A stretch of 64,000 bases of DNA from Rhizodiscina lignyota. Its lineage: Eukaryota. Shown piece after piece: positions 37,738-50,427 of the stretch (the first letter of the stretch is position 1; every line of letters begins with the position of its first letter). The position numbers were made by a program, and so were the translations under genes. Below the pieces are notes generated by a model. It saw only the letters and a program-made list of their open reading frames with translations. It had not been told where the DNA came from and searched no databases. Location: positions 992,001-1,056,000 of the forward strand of contig ML978121.1 in assembly GCA_010015805.1 (NCBI GenBank), given 5' to 3'.

Positions 37738-39683
37738 ATGGCCACCACCTCCGCTGGCCCTATGGCGGCCATCAATGTGCCAATATATCCCGACACCGAC
37801 AACAGGCCCCCTAAGATGATGCCACTCTTGGGTTCGTCACCGGCTTCGACATCTAGGTACCCAAAGGCTACCCTTCATGACTTCTCACTAAATTTTACTT
37901 CACTGTAGTGCTATTTGACCTTTTAGTCCGTTTCATCATCAACGCCCCAGAGGAAGAACGCAATGTGTCTTATCGGGTAGGCTTCGCAATTGAACTGGCC
38001 CACTGGTTCTACATCGACTTCGTCCGTCCCGCAGATCAGTCCTTGCCTGCGATAAAGCCGCTTGTCGACTTCCATAGGCTCGTGTTCATGTATCATCACT
38101 GGTCTGGACTGGATCGTTACTTCACGGGTGATGAGCAGAGAAAGGCATATGATGAATTCCTCAACTACAAGAAGTCTGTTAAAGTGAAAGGGGTGATCTT
38201 GCTGGACGAGTCAATGACGTACGTCCTTGCGGTGAAAGGCATGGGTGGCGGCTCGTGGGCTTTCCCCGGCGGCAAGATCAATAAGGACGAATCCGACTTG
38301 GAATGCGCTTTGCGTGAAACCAAAGAAGAAATTGGTTTAGACCTAAAAGCTGCCGGCTTCGTGCACTCCGACGACAAGATTTGGCTGGAAGTGATCCAAG
38401 ATCAATCGATTCGGCGTGTAACGGATGTCCACAAAACTGGGCAGAAGCGAGATGCACAATACTTCGTCTTTCGGGGTATAAGCCTGAGCACCCGCTTTAA
38501 GCCGAATACACGCGGCGAGATTGAAACAATTGAGTGGCTTGAGATCGACAAACTCACGTGGGATATGAAGACCAAGTTCTTCCTTGTGATTGACATCCTC
38601 GAAGACTTGAAGAATTGGAGAAAACATGAACGACGCCGAGAGAGGAACCGCCAGTCTATGTGGGTGCACGATGGCCAGTTCGGCTATGATCCATCAGTAT
38701 TGGTGACGACAAGGTCAAAGAAGCGCGCATGGCAAGCCAAGGAAGCTGTGGCCCGTGAGGAAGCTGCGGCTCGTGAGGAAGCTGCGGCTCGTGAGGAAGC
38801 TGCAGCACGTGAGGAAGTTGTGGCCCCCGAGGAGACTGTGGCGGCTGGCAATGAAGATCTGACAACGCCAACGACTTTCGATCAAGCCTCGCTCAAGGCC
38901 ATGCTCTTGCCAGTGGCTCCAAAGTATCAGGATTCTCACCCGAGACCACCAGTTTCGAATTTTCCAATTCCAACAATGGGCGTGCACCAACAGCGCCTGC
39001 TGAATGCTCTCAACTCTCCTACGAATCCCCAATCTGTGGAGCCACACCAGGTGAATGCTTCCAACTCCCCGGCGAATCATCAATCTGTGGAGTCGCACCA
39101 ACAACGTCTCCTGAATGCTTTCAATTCCCCTACGAATCATCAAGCTGTGGAGTCGCACCAACAACGTCTCCTGAACGCTTTCAACTCCCCTACGAATCAT
39201 CAAGCTGTGGAGCTGCCGACAGAAGTCAAGGTTCAGAACCAGTCTGCTTTCACGTCGACCACAACCACCAGTCAGCTCCATCCCGCTTCGAACGCGGCGG
39301 AGATCACAAGGCAAATCGTAGCGCCAAAGCCGACCTCAGTCGTAAGCAACTTTGCCCAAGCCTACCAAGCCGCCCTGTTTCAGGGCCCCAGCCAAGAGAC
39401 CCCCAAAGTCATCGACACCGGCTTGCCAGTGTCAACACTCGCGTCCGGGGTCATGAGTCCAGTGTCACCCATCGCGAGGGGTGGTCAGAACACGTACAGC
39501 CCGGCAGGAGGTGATGTGAAGAGCCGCAGCACCAGCACCAGCGGCCCGACGAGTAAGCGGATGAAGTTGAACACTGAGACTAGTCAAGGAGTGGGCGTTT
39601 CGCGTGGACAGTCCCCCGCGACGAAGAACCCCTTGAAGGAGTACCTGGAGAGATTGGCGAAGAGCACAGAGAACCGGGGATGA
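37738..39683 (+). CDS. Dcp2-like mRNA decapping Nudix hydrolase, divergent
   Basis: Box A-like DLLVRFIINAPEEE..AIELAHWFYIDFVRP; intact Nudix box GKINKDESDLECALRETKEEIGL. Probable intron 37832-37908 (GTTCGT..CTAAA..TAG) links upstream ATGs. Disordered repeat-rich tail. Confidence 0.8.
38751..38840 (+). repeat. Coding minisatellite, 5 x 18 bp (AREEAA)
   Basis: Units of GCNCGTGAGGAAGCTGYR with a degenerate last copy. Confidence 0.9.
38985..39215 (+). repeat. Coding tandem repeat, 4 units of about 60 bp (HQQRLLNAFNSPTNHQAVES)
   Basis: Units start at 38985, 39045 (51 bp, internal deletion), 39096 and 39156; the last two are nearly identical. Confidence 0.9.
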
Positions 39684-40988
39684 AGGTCACGCTGGGATGA
39701 CGACGGTTACGTGGATGAGGATGGCGGCTTGGAGCAGTTTCTGGAGATGGTGGTGGAGGGGGCACAAAAACGGCGCAGAAAATGTGTACGATAGCACGAC
39801 GACGCTACGGCGATGTACGATTTCACGAGCGATGAGTTACGAACTGGGCCTGATTTCTCTTAAATCGATAAAAAATACCAAAAAAATGTTCCTACTGAGC
39901 TACGTGTCGTGCTTTGCCGGCACATAGCTTAGTAGGGGGGGACATACATTCTAAAGACAACATGAATTATCCAAGCTCTTTGTGAGCAACCTGCACATGC
40001 AAACGTGACATGAAGCTTGAGCAATGTAGTCTTGGCCATTGCAAGTGAATCCACTAAGCTCAAGCGAACTTCTGGCCCTCGTGCCTGTTTGACGAGCCGT
40101 ACATCCAGATATCGTATATCTGAAGTGGGTAATGAAAAGTTTGAGTCGTGGTTACGATGTATCGAACCGTAAGCATACATATCCACATCAATTAATATAG
40201 ATTAAACCCCATACTTTGAATAAATGCTACTTAATGTATATCTAAACGAACTTTTAGAGGTGCTCTCGTTGATATTGAGGAACAAAACTAGTTCCTACTG
40301 CAGCCCTTCAGTTAATTAGGCTCAATTATGTTGTTTTCTCGTGCCTGTTACTATGTACAGTCCCGCAGCTTTGGCAGTACTATTGAGTAGGCTGTTCTTT
40401 ACGCTATAGAGCTAGTTCTTCGTGAGCGTATGAAATTTACAATGGGCTCTCCTTTCCGCGACGACGATAAGCGAATCTTCTAAGGCAGGCAAGATAGGCT
40501 AATCCCTAATAACCTCGAATACAAACTCACTAATACACAGAGGCTTCTTCAAGGTGCTGAAGGTAATTGTAATAGAGTGATCTGTAGACCGTTCGCTCGC
40601 TCGCTCGAAACCAGCTCCTTCGTAGTACGCCAAGCAGAGATTGAAAAAGCTCGATAGTCCAGCAAGACCTCACAGATACTCTGCTACTTGGACATGAAAT
40701 TCAACACGATATCCCGCTCACTAAATCTCACAAGGCGGCTACGATGGGACTATATGCGCTAAAAAGAATTGATCACGTGAATTCGTGCACCATTACGCGT
40801 GACCATAAACCTCGAAATTATTCCCCACTTCCACCTTCTGTTTGTGTATCCAACCCCTACCTGTGGTAGCCTAATCGAACTTCACCTTTCACTGTCTTTG
40901 TTCTAAGGCCTTGCATTCATAAATTTTATCTCTAGCCTTCTATCTTCTCTTCTCTTCACTAAACTTTCAGTCTCGAACTCTTCCCACA

Positions 40989-43356
40989 ATGCCATCAAAG
41001 CGGCGCACGCGGCAAACGCGTCTCACCTTCGACCCGCTCTCTTCATCCTCACCCGCGAAGTCGCAGTATTCTTCCGCAGTCCGTGACAGGTTGTCTGGCG
41101 TTGGATACGAGGATTCTCCATCCAAGCGTATGAAGGTCGGCGAGAAGGAAAACGAAATATATGAGAACATCGACGTCCTTCCAACACCAGCGAAGTCATC
41201 ACAAGCACAAATAGGTAAATATACGCTTCACGCATAGCAAACACTGCTTCACTAAAGCTGACTTATTCTCTATTTAAGCCAGGGGACCTTCGCGGACGCA
41301 ACCTTCTGCATCATCCTCACGATCAAGACACAATCGAGCAAAGCAAGGCAGACTTGACTTCAGCAGCCACATAGGCTACAAAGTTCCAGAGGACGAAAGT
41401 GTGAGCGTTGAAGACATGCCATCTACAAGAGCACAGCGTCACACGATGCGGAATCCCTTTCGTGGCAAGAACAACCCTGCACCCTTAAGCGACACAAGCA
41501 GTAGCGACACAGCGGAAGAACAACCACGATCGAGACCATCTCGTACGCAGCGACACCTTCGTTCGCGCGGGGATAAGCAAAGTGACGAGGGTCAAGAAGT
41601 GCAGGAACAGGATGACGAGGAGTTACCTATGCGACGAACTAAGCGGACCACGAAGAGCGCTGTCATCGAGCTCTCGAGTGACGGGGAGGACGACAATGCT
41701 GATGACGATTTTGATAGCGTACTTTGCAGCGACAGCGGGAAGGCAATCGGTACTACTGCTGCCTTCGAAGAGATCGGCGAGCCAGAGACCAGTGGAGACG
41801 AGATAATGCACTCCTCTCCAACGAAGAAACTGAAGCGTGCAAGCGCACATAAGGCCCAAACGCATCGCGGTGCTTATACGTCCAGAGTGGAGCGAGATGA
41901 CTTCGTTGTTGATGATGACGACGATGAGGTAGAAGTCGTATCTCAGCGGAGGAGCTCGAAGAAGAAAACTCCAAAGAAGGTTGTCAAGAAGCCAACTCGG
42001 CGTGTTCACAAAGATGATATTCTAGAAGATGATGGTTTTGTTATTGATGACGAGGAGGAGGAAGAGGACGACGACGAACCTCCGTCCAGACATCACAGAG
42101 AACGACAGCATCTATCAGAGTCTGAAGATGAAAGCGAAGAAGACATACCTTCACCATCGAAACGCCGCCGTCTCAGTCAGCACAAGACCCCGGACCAGCG
42201 AAAGAGCCGCCAGGAAGAAGAAGACTTAGCGGAGGATCTTGAGTTTTTGGGCGGATCGGGCGGGAAACCAAAACCTACACCCTCGCGACTCCGCTCCACA
42301 CCAAAGCATGATCCACGAAAGGCGGCTTTGGAAGAGTTTAAGCGACGTCGCGCGGGTGTAGAGGCGGAGAGCAGCTCTGCTCTCCAACCCACGCAGCGGA
42401 AGCGACGAGCTTTGTATGACACAGAATCTGAAGAAGATCCTGATGGTCAAGATGTGCAAGAAGCGGAAGATGGCAGTGAAGTGGACGAAGTGGAGGACGG
42501 AGCCGATGAGGCAGATGCTGGGCACATGTTCCGCGAGGACGATGACGACGAAGGCTTCGTTGTGGAAGACGAGGATGAGCCGATCGGTGTTCCCACTGAC
42601 CTTGCTCTGCCTCTGCAGTTCTCTCATCTTTCACGTGCGAAGGGCAAGGATCTCTTTAAATACGCTATCGAGTGGATGGTGCAGAAAAAGATCAATCCGG
42701 CATTCGCCATCACCGATGAAGTGTACGACCTTGCTTTCCGCAAACTCAATGACGAAGCCAAAGGCCTTGCCGGCTCAAAGTTTGTCTCCGCAGCGTGGAA
42801 GCTCGAATTCACTCGGAGTCTCAATTCACGTCCTGAGATAGTGATTCACCATACTGGCGCGGACGGGATAAATCATTGCGAAGCCTGTGGTCGGCGAGGC
42901 CATCCGGCGACCTATGAAATCACATTCCATGGCAACCCGTACAACCGGGAAACTCTTGAGGACGTGGAAAATGAGGACGACTCAGACGCGGATGACGACG
43001 AGGAGAGAGAAACCTACGACCACATCGGCAATGTCATACCGCCTCCTTCAACTGTCTATCACGTCGGCCAGTTCTGCATGCGCAATGCTCAGACCGGACA
43101 CACACTCCATCACTGGAAGTTCCACTTGTACGAATGGGTGGTAAAGTATCTGCAAGGCAGCGGCCATCTTACCCCTGAGAAGATTGTCGAGAGGGATAGC
43201 TGGAATACGAAGAAGAGAAGGCAGTACGCGAATGGAGTTACGGATGAGATGGAGCAGATTGGCGAGATCAAGTCGCTGTATCAGAACTTCAGGAGTGAGA
43301 TAGAAGTGGCGAGGGAAGCGAGAGGGAGTGGATATGCTTTTGATGATGACGATTGA
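40989..43356 (+). CDS. DUF4211 domain protein
   Basis: Exon 1 MPSKRRTRQTRLTFDPL; GTAAAT..GCTGAC..AAG intron joins the long ORF in frame. Acidic/basic disordered region, then WMVQKKINP, CEACGRRGHPA, VGQFC, HTLHHWK. Confidence 0.8.
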
Positions 43357-43694
43357 GGACGGTATTCGTGCATTTCGAAATTGGGGTTGGATGGCTTGGA
43401 TAAGGTGGCTTGAGGAGAGTCGCCGCGGCCTTTTGGCATGTTGCAGTCTTTCGTTCTAATAGTGCTTCTTGGGTCATCATAGGACGACGAAATGAACCTC
43501 TCATTCTTACGGAGTAGTCCTGAATTCATTGCTACACAAGAAAGGTCTCAATCGACGCCTATCACTCTTGTTGAACTTGGTGAAGATACGAAATAATCGC
43601 ACAGCCCAGAGAGCATACTGCAAATATTGACATTCCACCTTTGCTTGCCCAAAGATAGAAGCCTTCTCAAGGCAAACCCTGAAATACCAGCTGC

Positions 43695-44285
43695 TCAAGC
43701 ACCAACCTCGTCCGTGAATTTCTTGTACTCCTCTGCGCCCATCAGCCCCTCCATCTCCCCCTTATCAGCCACCTCAATCCTCGCAATCCAGGCTTCGTCC
43801 TCCGGGCTCTTATTCAGTAACCCTGGCGTCTCCTCCAACTTTGCATTTGCGTCCACAATCGTCCCCGACACCGGAGTCATGATGTCGCTCGCGCTCTTGA
43901 CGCTCTCCACCGCCCCAATCGCATCTCCGTGTCCGACTTCCATCCCCATCTGGGGCAGTTCGACGTAGATGACGTCGCCGAGCGCTTCGGCGGCGTACGC
44001 ACTGATACCGAGCGTCGCCGTCTTGCCGTCTTCGGAGAGGGATATCCATTCGTGATCTTGCGTGTATTTCTTTTCGGAACGTGCTAGGATTCGGTGTCAA
44101 TGAAGCAATCCACACTTAAGAACTGAACCATACATACAGGCAATCGAGATAGAGAATGGTCTGTAGGTGGTTCGCCAGGGCTGTTGCCATTGTCGGTGGG
44201 GCGCGATAAAGGATCGCCGAGCGGCTGTGGAGGGGATTGACGAGGCAATTGGTGCCACCCGGGCTCGTGCTAATCTTGTTGCCAT
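43695..44285 (-). CDS. GCV3: Glycine cleavage system H protein
   Basis: Arg-rich mitochondrial presequence, one intron, KKYTQDHEWI, GISAYAAEALGDVIYVELP, lipoyl-lysine motif VESVKSASD. Confidence 0.95.
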
Positions 44286-44463
44286 ATTGTATTCTGTCTG
44301 TGGCTACTATATTGAGCTGTCGAAATGATGGAGGGGACGAATTGAAGCTTGAGCTTTGGCGGAGTGGACGGCCGAAGTTTTTCCGACCTCTACGGAGTAA
44401 TCGCGTGCCAAAAGTCTCTAGTCGCGAACTTTTTCTCACACGCGATATGCAGACATTCTCGAG

Positions 44464-44933
44464 ATGTTATACGAGTTGATAGGCATTGTAAGTCTTACAG
44501 CATCTCCTCTTCCCTAATTATGTGTCGCTGACTTTGGAACAGGTTCGCCCCGGCAGAATTGCCGAAGTCAAAGAGTTGGTCCTCTTCCTTCGCATCCATC
44601 CTCACACTCCTACCTAACCACATTCTTAGAATCGCCAAAGCAGCCGGCAATGTCGTCCTCCGCGGCGGGGGTGTTGTACGTGGCATAACAAATTGGGGGG
44701 TATTCATGCTCCCTAAGCCGCGCATGAAGCACCAAGTCAAATACCATTCCGGCCACTACTTCATCATGCGATTCGACAGCTCAGCACGCATACAGCACTC
44801 GGTACGCAGAACATTGTCATTGGACCCGAGACTGTTACGCTACACGTTGGTCAAAATGGGGAATACGCTGGAGGAGATTAAGGATGTAGCTGGACAGGCA
44901 GAGTGGCCAGGGAAGGGGAATGGGCTGCTGTAG
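44464..44933 (+). CDS. MRP17: Mitochondrial ribosomal protein bS6m, 3 exons
   Basis: MLYELIGI/VRPGRIAEVKE/IAKAAG..GGVVRGITNWG..GHYFIMRFD..LDPRLLR. Confidence 0.9.
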
Positions 44934-45147
44934 ATTTGCCTCGGAATCATGAGCATTTGCGGTCACATTCATGACATTTGCGTAGCATTTGTGGCGTTTG
45001 GGGAGAGAAAGGCTCCAAGTTGTACTATAGCCGGTAGTTATACTATGGGTGGATCTCCACGTGTACAGAATCGCAGAGTCAGTTATGCTGTATGTACAAT
45101 TCTTGGTATCGCTAAAACGACGCAGTGCTGGAACTTTTGTAACGGTA

Positions 45148-48100
45148 TTACGAGAATATGCCAGGAGCCGAGTGTGCCAAGCTCGTCTTGTCTTCAAACT
45201 ATTTGATCGTCAGGTTCACGTTACCATATATCGCTAGCAGACTTACCTCCAAGAAACCAACGGCAGAAATCAATACCGTGAAATTATCCACCAAATCAGT
45301 CAAGTCTTCTCCGGCATCCACCTTTCCGGTGCCAATCTTTGCGTTTCGCTTGAACACACCGACCACAGATGGTCGAATATCTCGCAGGAAATCGCGCGCT
45401 TGCCTCATCGTTTGTTCGCTTTGGGGGCCTTTGCTCAGCACTACGGCGTTGATGACACGAAGGAGACCAAGCATGAGATCGAAGAATCGCTTGAGCGCCT
45501 CTGGACTTTCGAATTCTGCACTCATTAGGAATAATAGAAACCTTGAAGATTAATAACTTACCGAGACCGATGTCCGGGTCGATCGAAAAGAGTAACGAAT
45601 CTCTGGCAGAATTGAAAAGGCCAGCATTGAAAATAGCGCCCGCACCACCTCTCGCGCTTGCAATACGTAGAAGCAGTGCAAAGGTAGTGTTGTAGTACGC
45701 CAATAATACGGGTATGTCTAGAGAAAAGTTAGTGATTGCTTTAAGAATTACTATTATAAGATTCTACTCACCAGCCGCTGGCGCATTAGGAAGGTCAGTT
45801 GGTATGTTCTTGTAACTATCCACAAGAACGCCAATGAAGTTGACACGGTTGAACGAGTCTAGCATATATTTCGAACCGTCCTTGTTGGCCAATGCAACAA
45901 ATGCTTCCAGAACCAGCAGTGCAGATACTCTACATGCGCCGTGTCCGGCAACAGCATCATCACAGACAACATCCATCAACCTCTCTCCATGATGTTTGAT
46001 CGTGTTCATTGCATTTTTTGTCATGGGGGACTTTGCGCCACTGCGGCTGGTGATGCCTTGCAAGTACCGGTAACAGGTCTGGTAGTTGACGTTGCGCAGC
46101 TCTGGCGTTGCTTCGAAACTGGTAACGCTAGAGAGCGAAACGCGGAACAGCTGGTACAAGCGGTCCTTCGTAAAGTCACTAACGCGATTTTGCTGCTCGG
46201 ATTGTGAGGAGAAATCCATATGCCCCAATAAGGTCAACCCAAGAGTGGCCAGTTCCAGAGCAGTGAAGGAGTCCTCTGCCAGAGACCGCTCTAGTTTCGG
46301 CAGAATGGCTTGCAGCGCTTGCAACACGAATGAAGTTTTTGCCTTCTGGTCAAATTTGCAACACTTCAGGGAGATGCTCAGGAGTTGCACCCATCTCTTA
46401 AGAGTCTCACGTTGTGCCTGGACCAGCTCATGGTATTGATTCATACCATGGATGTAGAGCATCAGTTTCTGAGCCTCCTGGGTTGCCTGTTGTTCTGTCT
46501 CTGGTGTTGCAAGCCGCCCACTATTCTTCAGTTCAGTCGTTCGCAGGAGGAGAAGCTCTTCGGCAGCTCGAAGTTCAATTGGGCTTGAAGGGTCTTCTGG
46601 ATCTTTCCTGCAGATGCCGAAATCAAGTGTGCCGATCAGTGGAAGCTCAGGAGGAGCAAGACCATATCCAAAATCCATCTCCATAAAGTCAAAGAGATCA
46701 AAGATATTGGCATTGGGAATCGAGTCCATCCCCGGGAAATTAGTCGCTCCGAGAAGCATTGATTCAATCCTGGCTCTGTGGGTCTGCATGCTGCTGTGTG
46801 CTACGCTCCGAAGCGCCTTCGCTACAAGTTCATAGTGTGCTGACCTTTGACGGAGGAAGTTGCAGTATGCTTGGGCGGAGTCTGTAAGGACAAATTCCGG
46901 GCTAGAAAGCGATCGACCATCCCAAAGAGTATCTGGCGTGATCACAGATTGCGCAATGGCTTGCACAAAGATATAATCGGTGTTTTGGAGCTCAGTCAGG
47001 ACCAAAGAAGCTGATAACGGGGAGGTCCAAAGGGTCTGGAGGATCTCGGTGCAAAGGCCTTTAATCGCAGATAGCCAATAAACAAATGCTCCTCCATCGT
47101 TGTCCGGCCAGTCGAGCGACAGTTTCAAAATTGCATGGAATAGAGACTCTCCTTGTCCAAATAGACCAGCATCATCCACGGTGAGGCCCTTAGGTTTGCA
47201 CGTGAACCCGAGCAACGCATGTGCTATGGTGGGACGGTCTTGAAGTGTAGAGAGGCAGCTTTGCAGAAACTCTAGGATACGCCGTTTGATAATGTATCCG
47301 GGAGAGTCGGGGCCAGACTCTAATTGGCGCATGTCGACTTGAATTTCCGGCAACAAGACGCGGGCTACGCGCTCTGCTTCGTGGTCGTGCTCGAGCACGG
47401 TGATGACCTTGCTTTTGCCAGCTCCGTATCCGAAGCCCGTAGTAGAGGACGCGACTAATTTTCTCGAAGAAGATAGTAGTTGTAGCAGCTCCAATGACGC
47501 GATGGTAAGGTCCTGGTGGCCAGTACCACAGTACAGGCCAAGGTCCACAATCAGTTGCAGGTTATTGAGAACTGCATCCTCAAATGAAGCAATGGCGGAA
47601 TTGGCAACAGTGCTCCTCCAAGTACTTGATTGGGTCTTGATGAGAGGCCGAACGATGTCCAGGTATGTCGATTGCATCTTCATGACGAGTATCATAACTC
47701 GAATACTTGCGACCATGGAAAGAATCAACGGGGACTCCGACGGAGCATTGTCAACTTTCTCGATAGGCTGATGCGCAGTAGCGAAGAGAGCTTGGGTCAC
47801 TTTGTCATTGAACATCCACTCCATTGTCCTCGAAAATGGGTGAAGCCGGGCGTAGGTCGATAATGAGGATGTTTGAATCACCGAGTCGACGCTAATGGAT
47901 GCTCTATTGGCAATGGCCACGAGATCTTCGTTGAAAGTGGAAAGACAGAGCGCTGCAAAGTTCAAACACGTCAGCCGTAGAATCCAGGTTTGAAGGACCT
48001 CGTCGAGCTGATTAGTTCGCTCGGCGAAGACGCGACCTAAGATGAAATCGACATATAGCTCAATTCCAGGCATTCGATATGCCGATCCTAGTCCCTCAGG

Positions 48101-50341
48101 AAAGGGCAGTCGGTCATTAAGGCCAGTATCAGTGTCCAGAGGGGCGATGAGCGATTGTACAAACCCGGTAAAGGCGTTTGGCTCTTCGAAGCCTGTTGCG
48201 ATGTCATTCAGAGCTCGCTCTTCATGGCGCGATGGTTGCTCCTGCCGAACGAGTGTGACGCTTTGCTTCGATGGCGTGTACGCAATGCCGTACATCCATT
48301 GATCCAGAGCATGCCAAAACTTCGTTGACGTCTCTGGTGTCTTCTCTGTGCATAGTGCATTGAGCGCTGTGAATGCACAAGCCCTCAGACGACTTTCCCA
48401 GCTTGAACTGCAAAGTTCAAATAACAGCTCATACAGTGGAAGCTGAGGCGTCATGCTCGCGTATTCCCGCGCCTTTGCACTTTTTAAGCACAAATGAGCA
48501 ACAAGCCGCAGGTAGCACTCTAGCATCATTGAGCTTTCGGGTTCCACATATTCCTCCATAACTATTTGTGGAGCCCCAGTGATATTGCTTTGAGCAGATG
48601 ATGGCCTCTCTCGAATATCTTTTGCATAGAAGTGTAGTTCGCTCAGGATTTGTGACCAGCTAAGAGAACCAGTTCTTCGTATCCGCCCACCAACTGGTTG
48701 CCCTTCATCCAGGAGAAATTGATGGACAGCGTCCGCGCACGCCTCATCATCAGAAAGGGCCCGAATAAGTTCACAAAAAGCTGCCACTCGAGGGGTTGTC
48801 TGCCTTCGCGCGGCCCACTGGAGAAAGCCGTACATGTTGCTCTCCGAATCGGACCAAAATGCCATCGCTGAATCGGAGTCACCTTCGTAAGCATACGAAG
48901 CAATAACGAGAAACCGCTCCAGGTGCAATTCCTCGTCTGCATTACCACGCTGGAATCGGGAACGCATGGACTTGCGGGCTTTATCTTCCTCAGAGCGCAG
49001 ATCTCGGATTGTGTTCGGCATGTTTGTAACGAAGGCTTCTGTAAAGGTCTGGAAGCCTGCTTCGATAAGGTCGCGAATAATCCTCGATGGTGGAGAGAAT
49101 TCTGCTGTCGGCATCGCGGGTTCATGCAGCAGAAAAGAAATCAATCCAGCACGAGCTGGATCATACCAATCGCTTCGATTGATGTCTTGTGAGATTGTCA
49201 GAGAAAATTGGAGTGCGCCATCCTTTAGAGCTGCCATGAATTGCTCGTGCCGTTTAGCGTCCTCGTTTTGAGCATCTGAGCCGCTTCGCGGAGCTACTGA
49301 AGAATCATTGAAGCGGCCACTGAATTCGACCAACCACCAAGAGACTGCCGCAGCATGGAAACCACGGTGGCTCCACTGATCAGCATCTTTAGAAGATACT
49401 AGGCTTTCGTGGATCGCTTGCGCATCCTCCAGAGAGCACATTTCGTCAGCAGGTCCGAAGTAAGCAATTGCCGTAGTAAGTATCGCGGCATAATGAATGA
49501 GTATTCGGCCATACTTGTCTATCTGCTTCGTCCTAGAGAGCAGATATCGTAGATCGTCGTGAGATGTATAACCGCCTTTAATGAGATTTGAAGTGACGCC
49601 AGCAAGCGCTTCATGCTGAGCCAAGAGTGATTGATGTTGGAACTGAAGGAGTTCCGAGGTATCCTGAGGCAACGGTATGCCAAGTACGGAAACTCTCTCA
49701 AGTTCGTCGGCAAGCTTTTGCAACCACTTCTCTATGTCGACCATATCGCCGAGGCATTTGCGCCAATACTTCGATCCATTGTCCAATAGGTTGTCTTGGA
49801 AACCCAAGGTCTGTCTAACAATATCTCCAAAGAATGCCCTGGCACTCGATAGCTCATCTGTCTCCCCTTCATCTTCATCCTGAAGAGACTCTTGCACCAC
49901 GAGCCGGAAGCATTCGACCAGGAGCTGCCTGCGCCGCTGAAAACGAAGGAGAGCAACGATGTGTGGTGGCCGATCAAGTTCGTGCGCCTCTTCTTGTGCT
50001 TCAAGGAAAAGCTTCGCAGCTTGGAGCTCGTCAAGGTCGAGATCGTCTGCGAGTTGTAGAGTTCCGGCTTTGAAATCGTCGTTTAACTCATATTGCTGAT
50101 TGTCGATTTCAATCTTGCCTTTGTCGCTGTTAGCTGGGTTCATGTGAAGAAGGAGTGTTTGCTTACCGGACTGAACAGCTTTCCGGCTGGTATCATTTCT
50201 CGGAATCCTCTGAAGAAGCGTGCGAAAATCCTCAAGTTGGTCCTGGAGCTCTGTCGCAAGGCGCTCGAGGAGCGGCAGTCGGCGTTCAGAAAGGTTGAGA
50301 AGGTCACGGTGGAGGCCCTGCAAGGCCTCCAAGCTGTCCAT
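45148..50341 (-). CDS. NUP192: Nucleoporin Nup192 (Nup186/Nup205 family)
   Basis: About 1650-aa alpha-helical protein; N-terminal YELNDDF..LADDLDLDELQAA; FEEPNAF, LGSAYRMPGI, LFSIDPDIG; several short introns; final exon FEDKTSLAHSAPGIFS. Confidence 0.85.
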
Positions 50342-50427
50342 GTTACTCTGCGGTTGAATACAGAGTAGAACTGTGAATTATCATCATGCTTGGAGAATTG
50401 GAGTGCGGTTTAAGTTCTGGGCGTGCT

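Noticed and set aside
38985..39215. CRISPR-like array
   Set aside because: Eukaryotic, in-frame coding tandem repeat without unique spacers.
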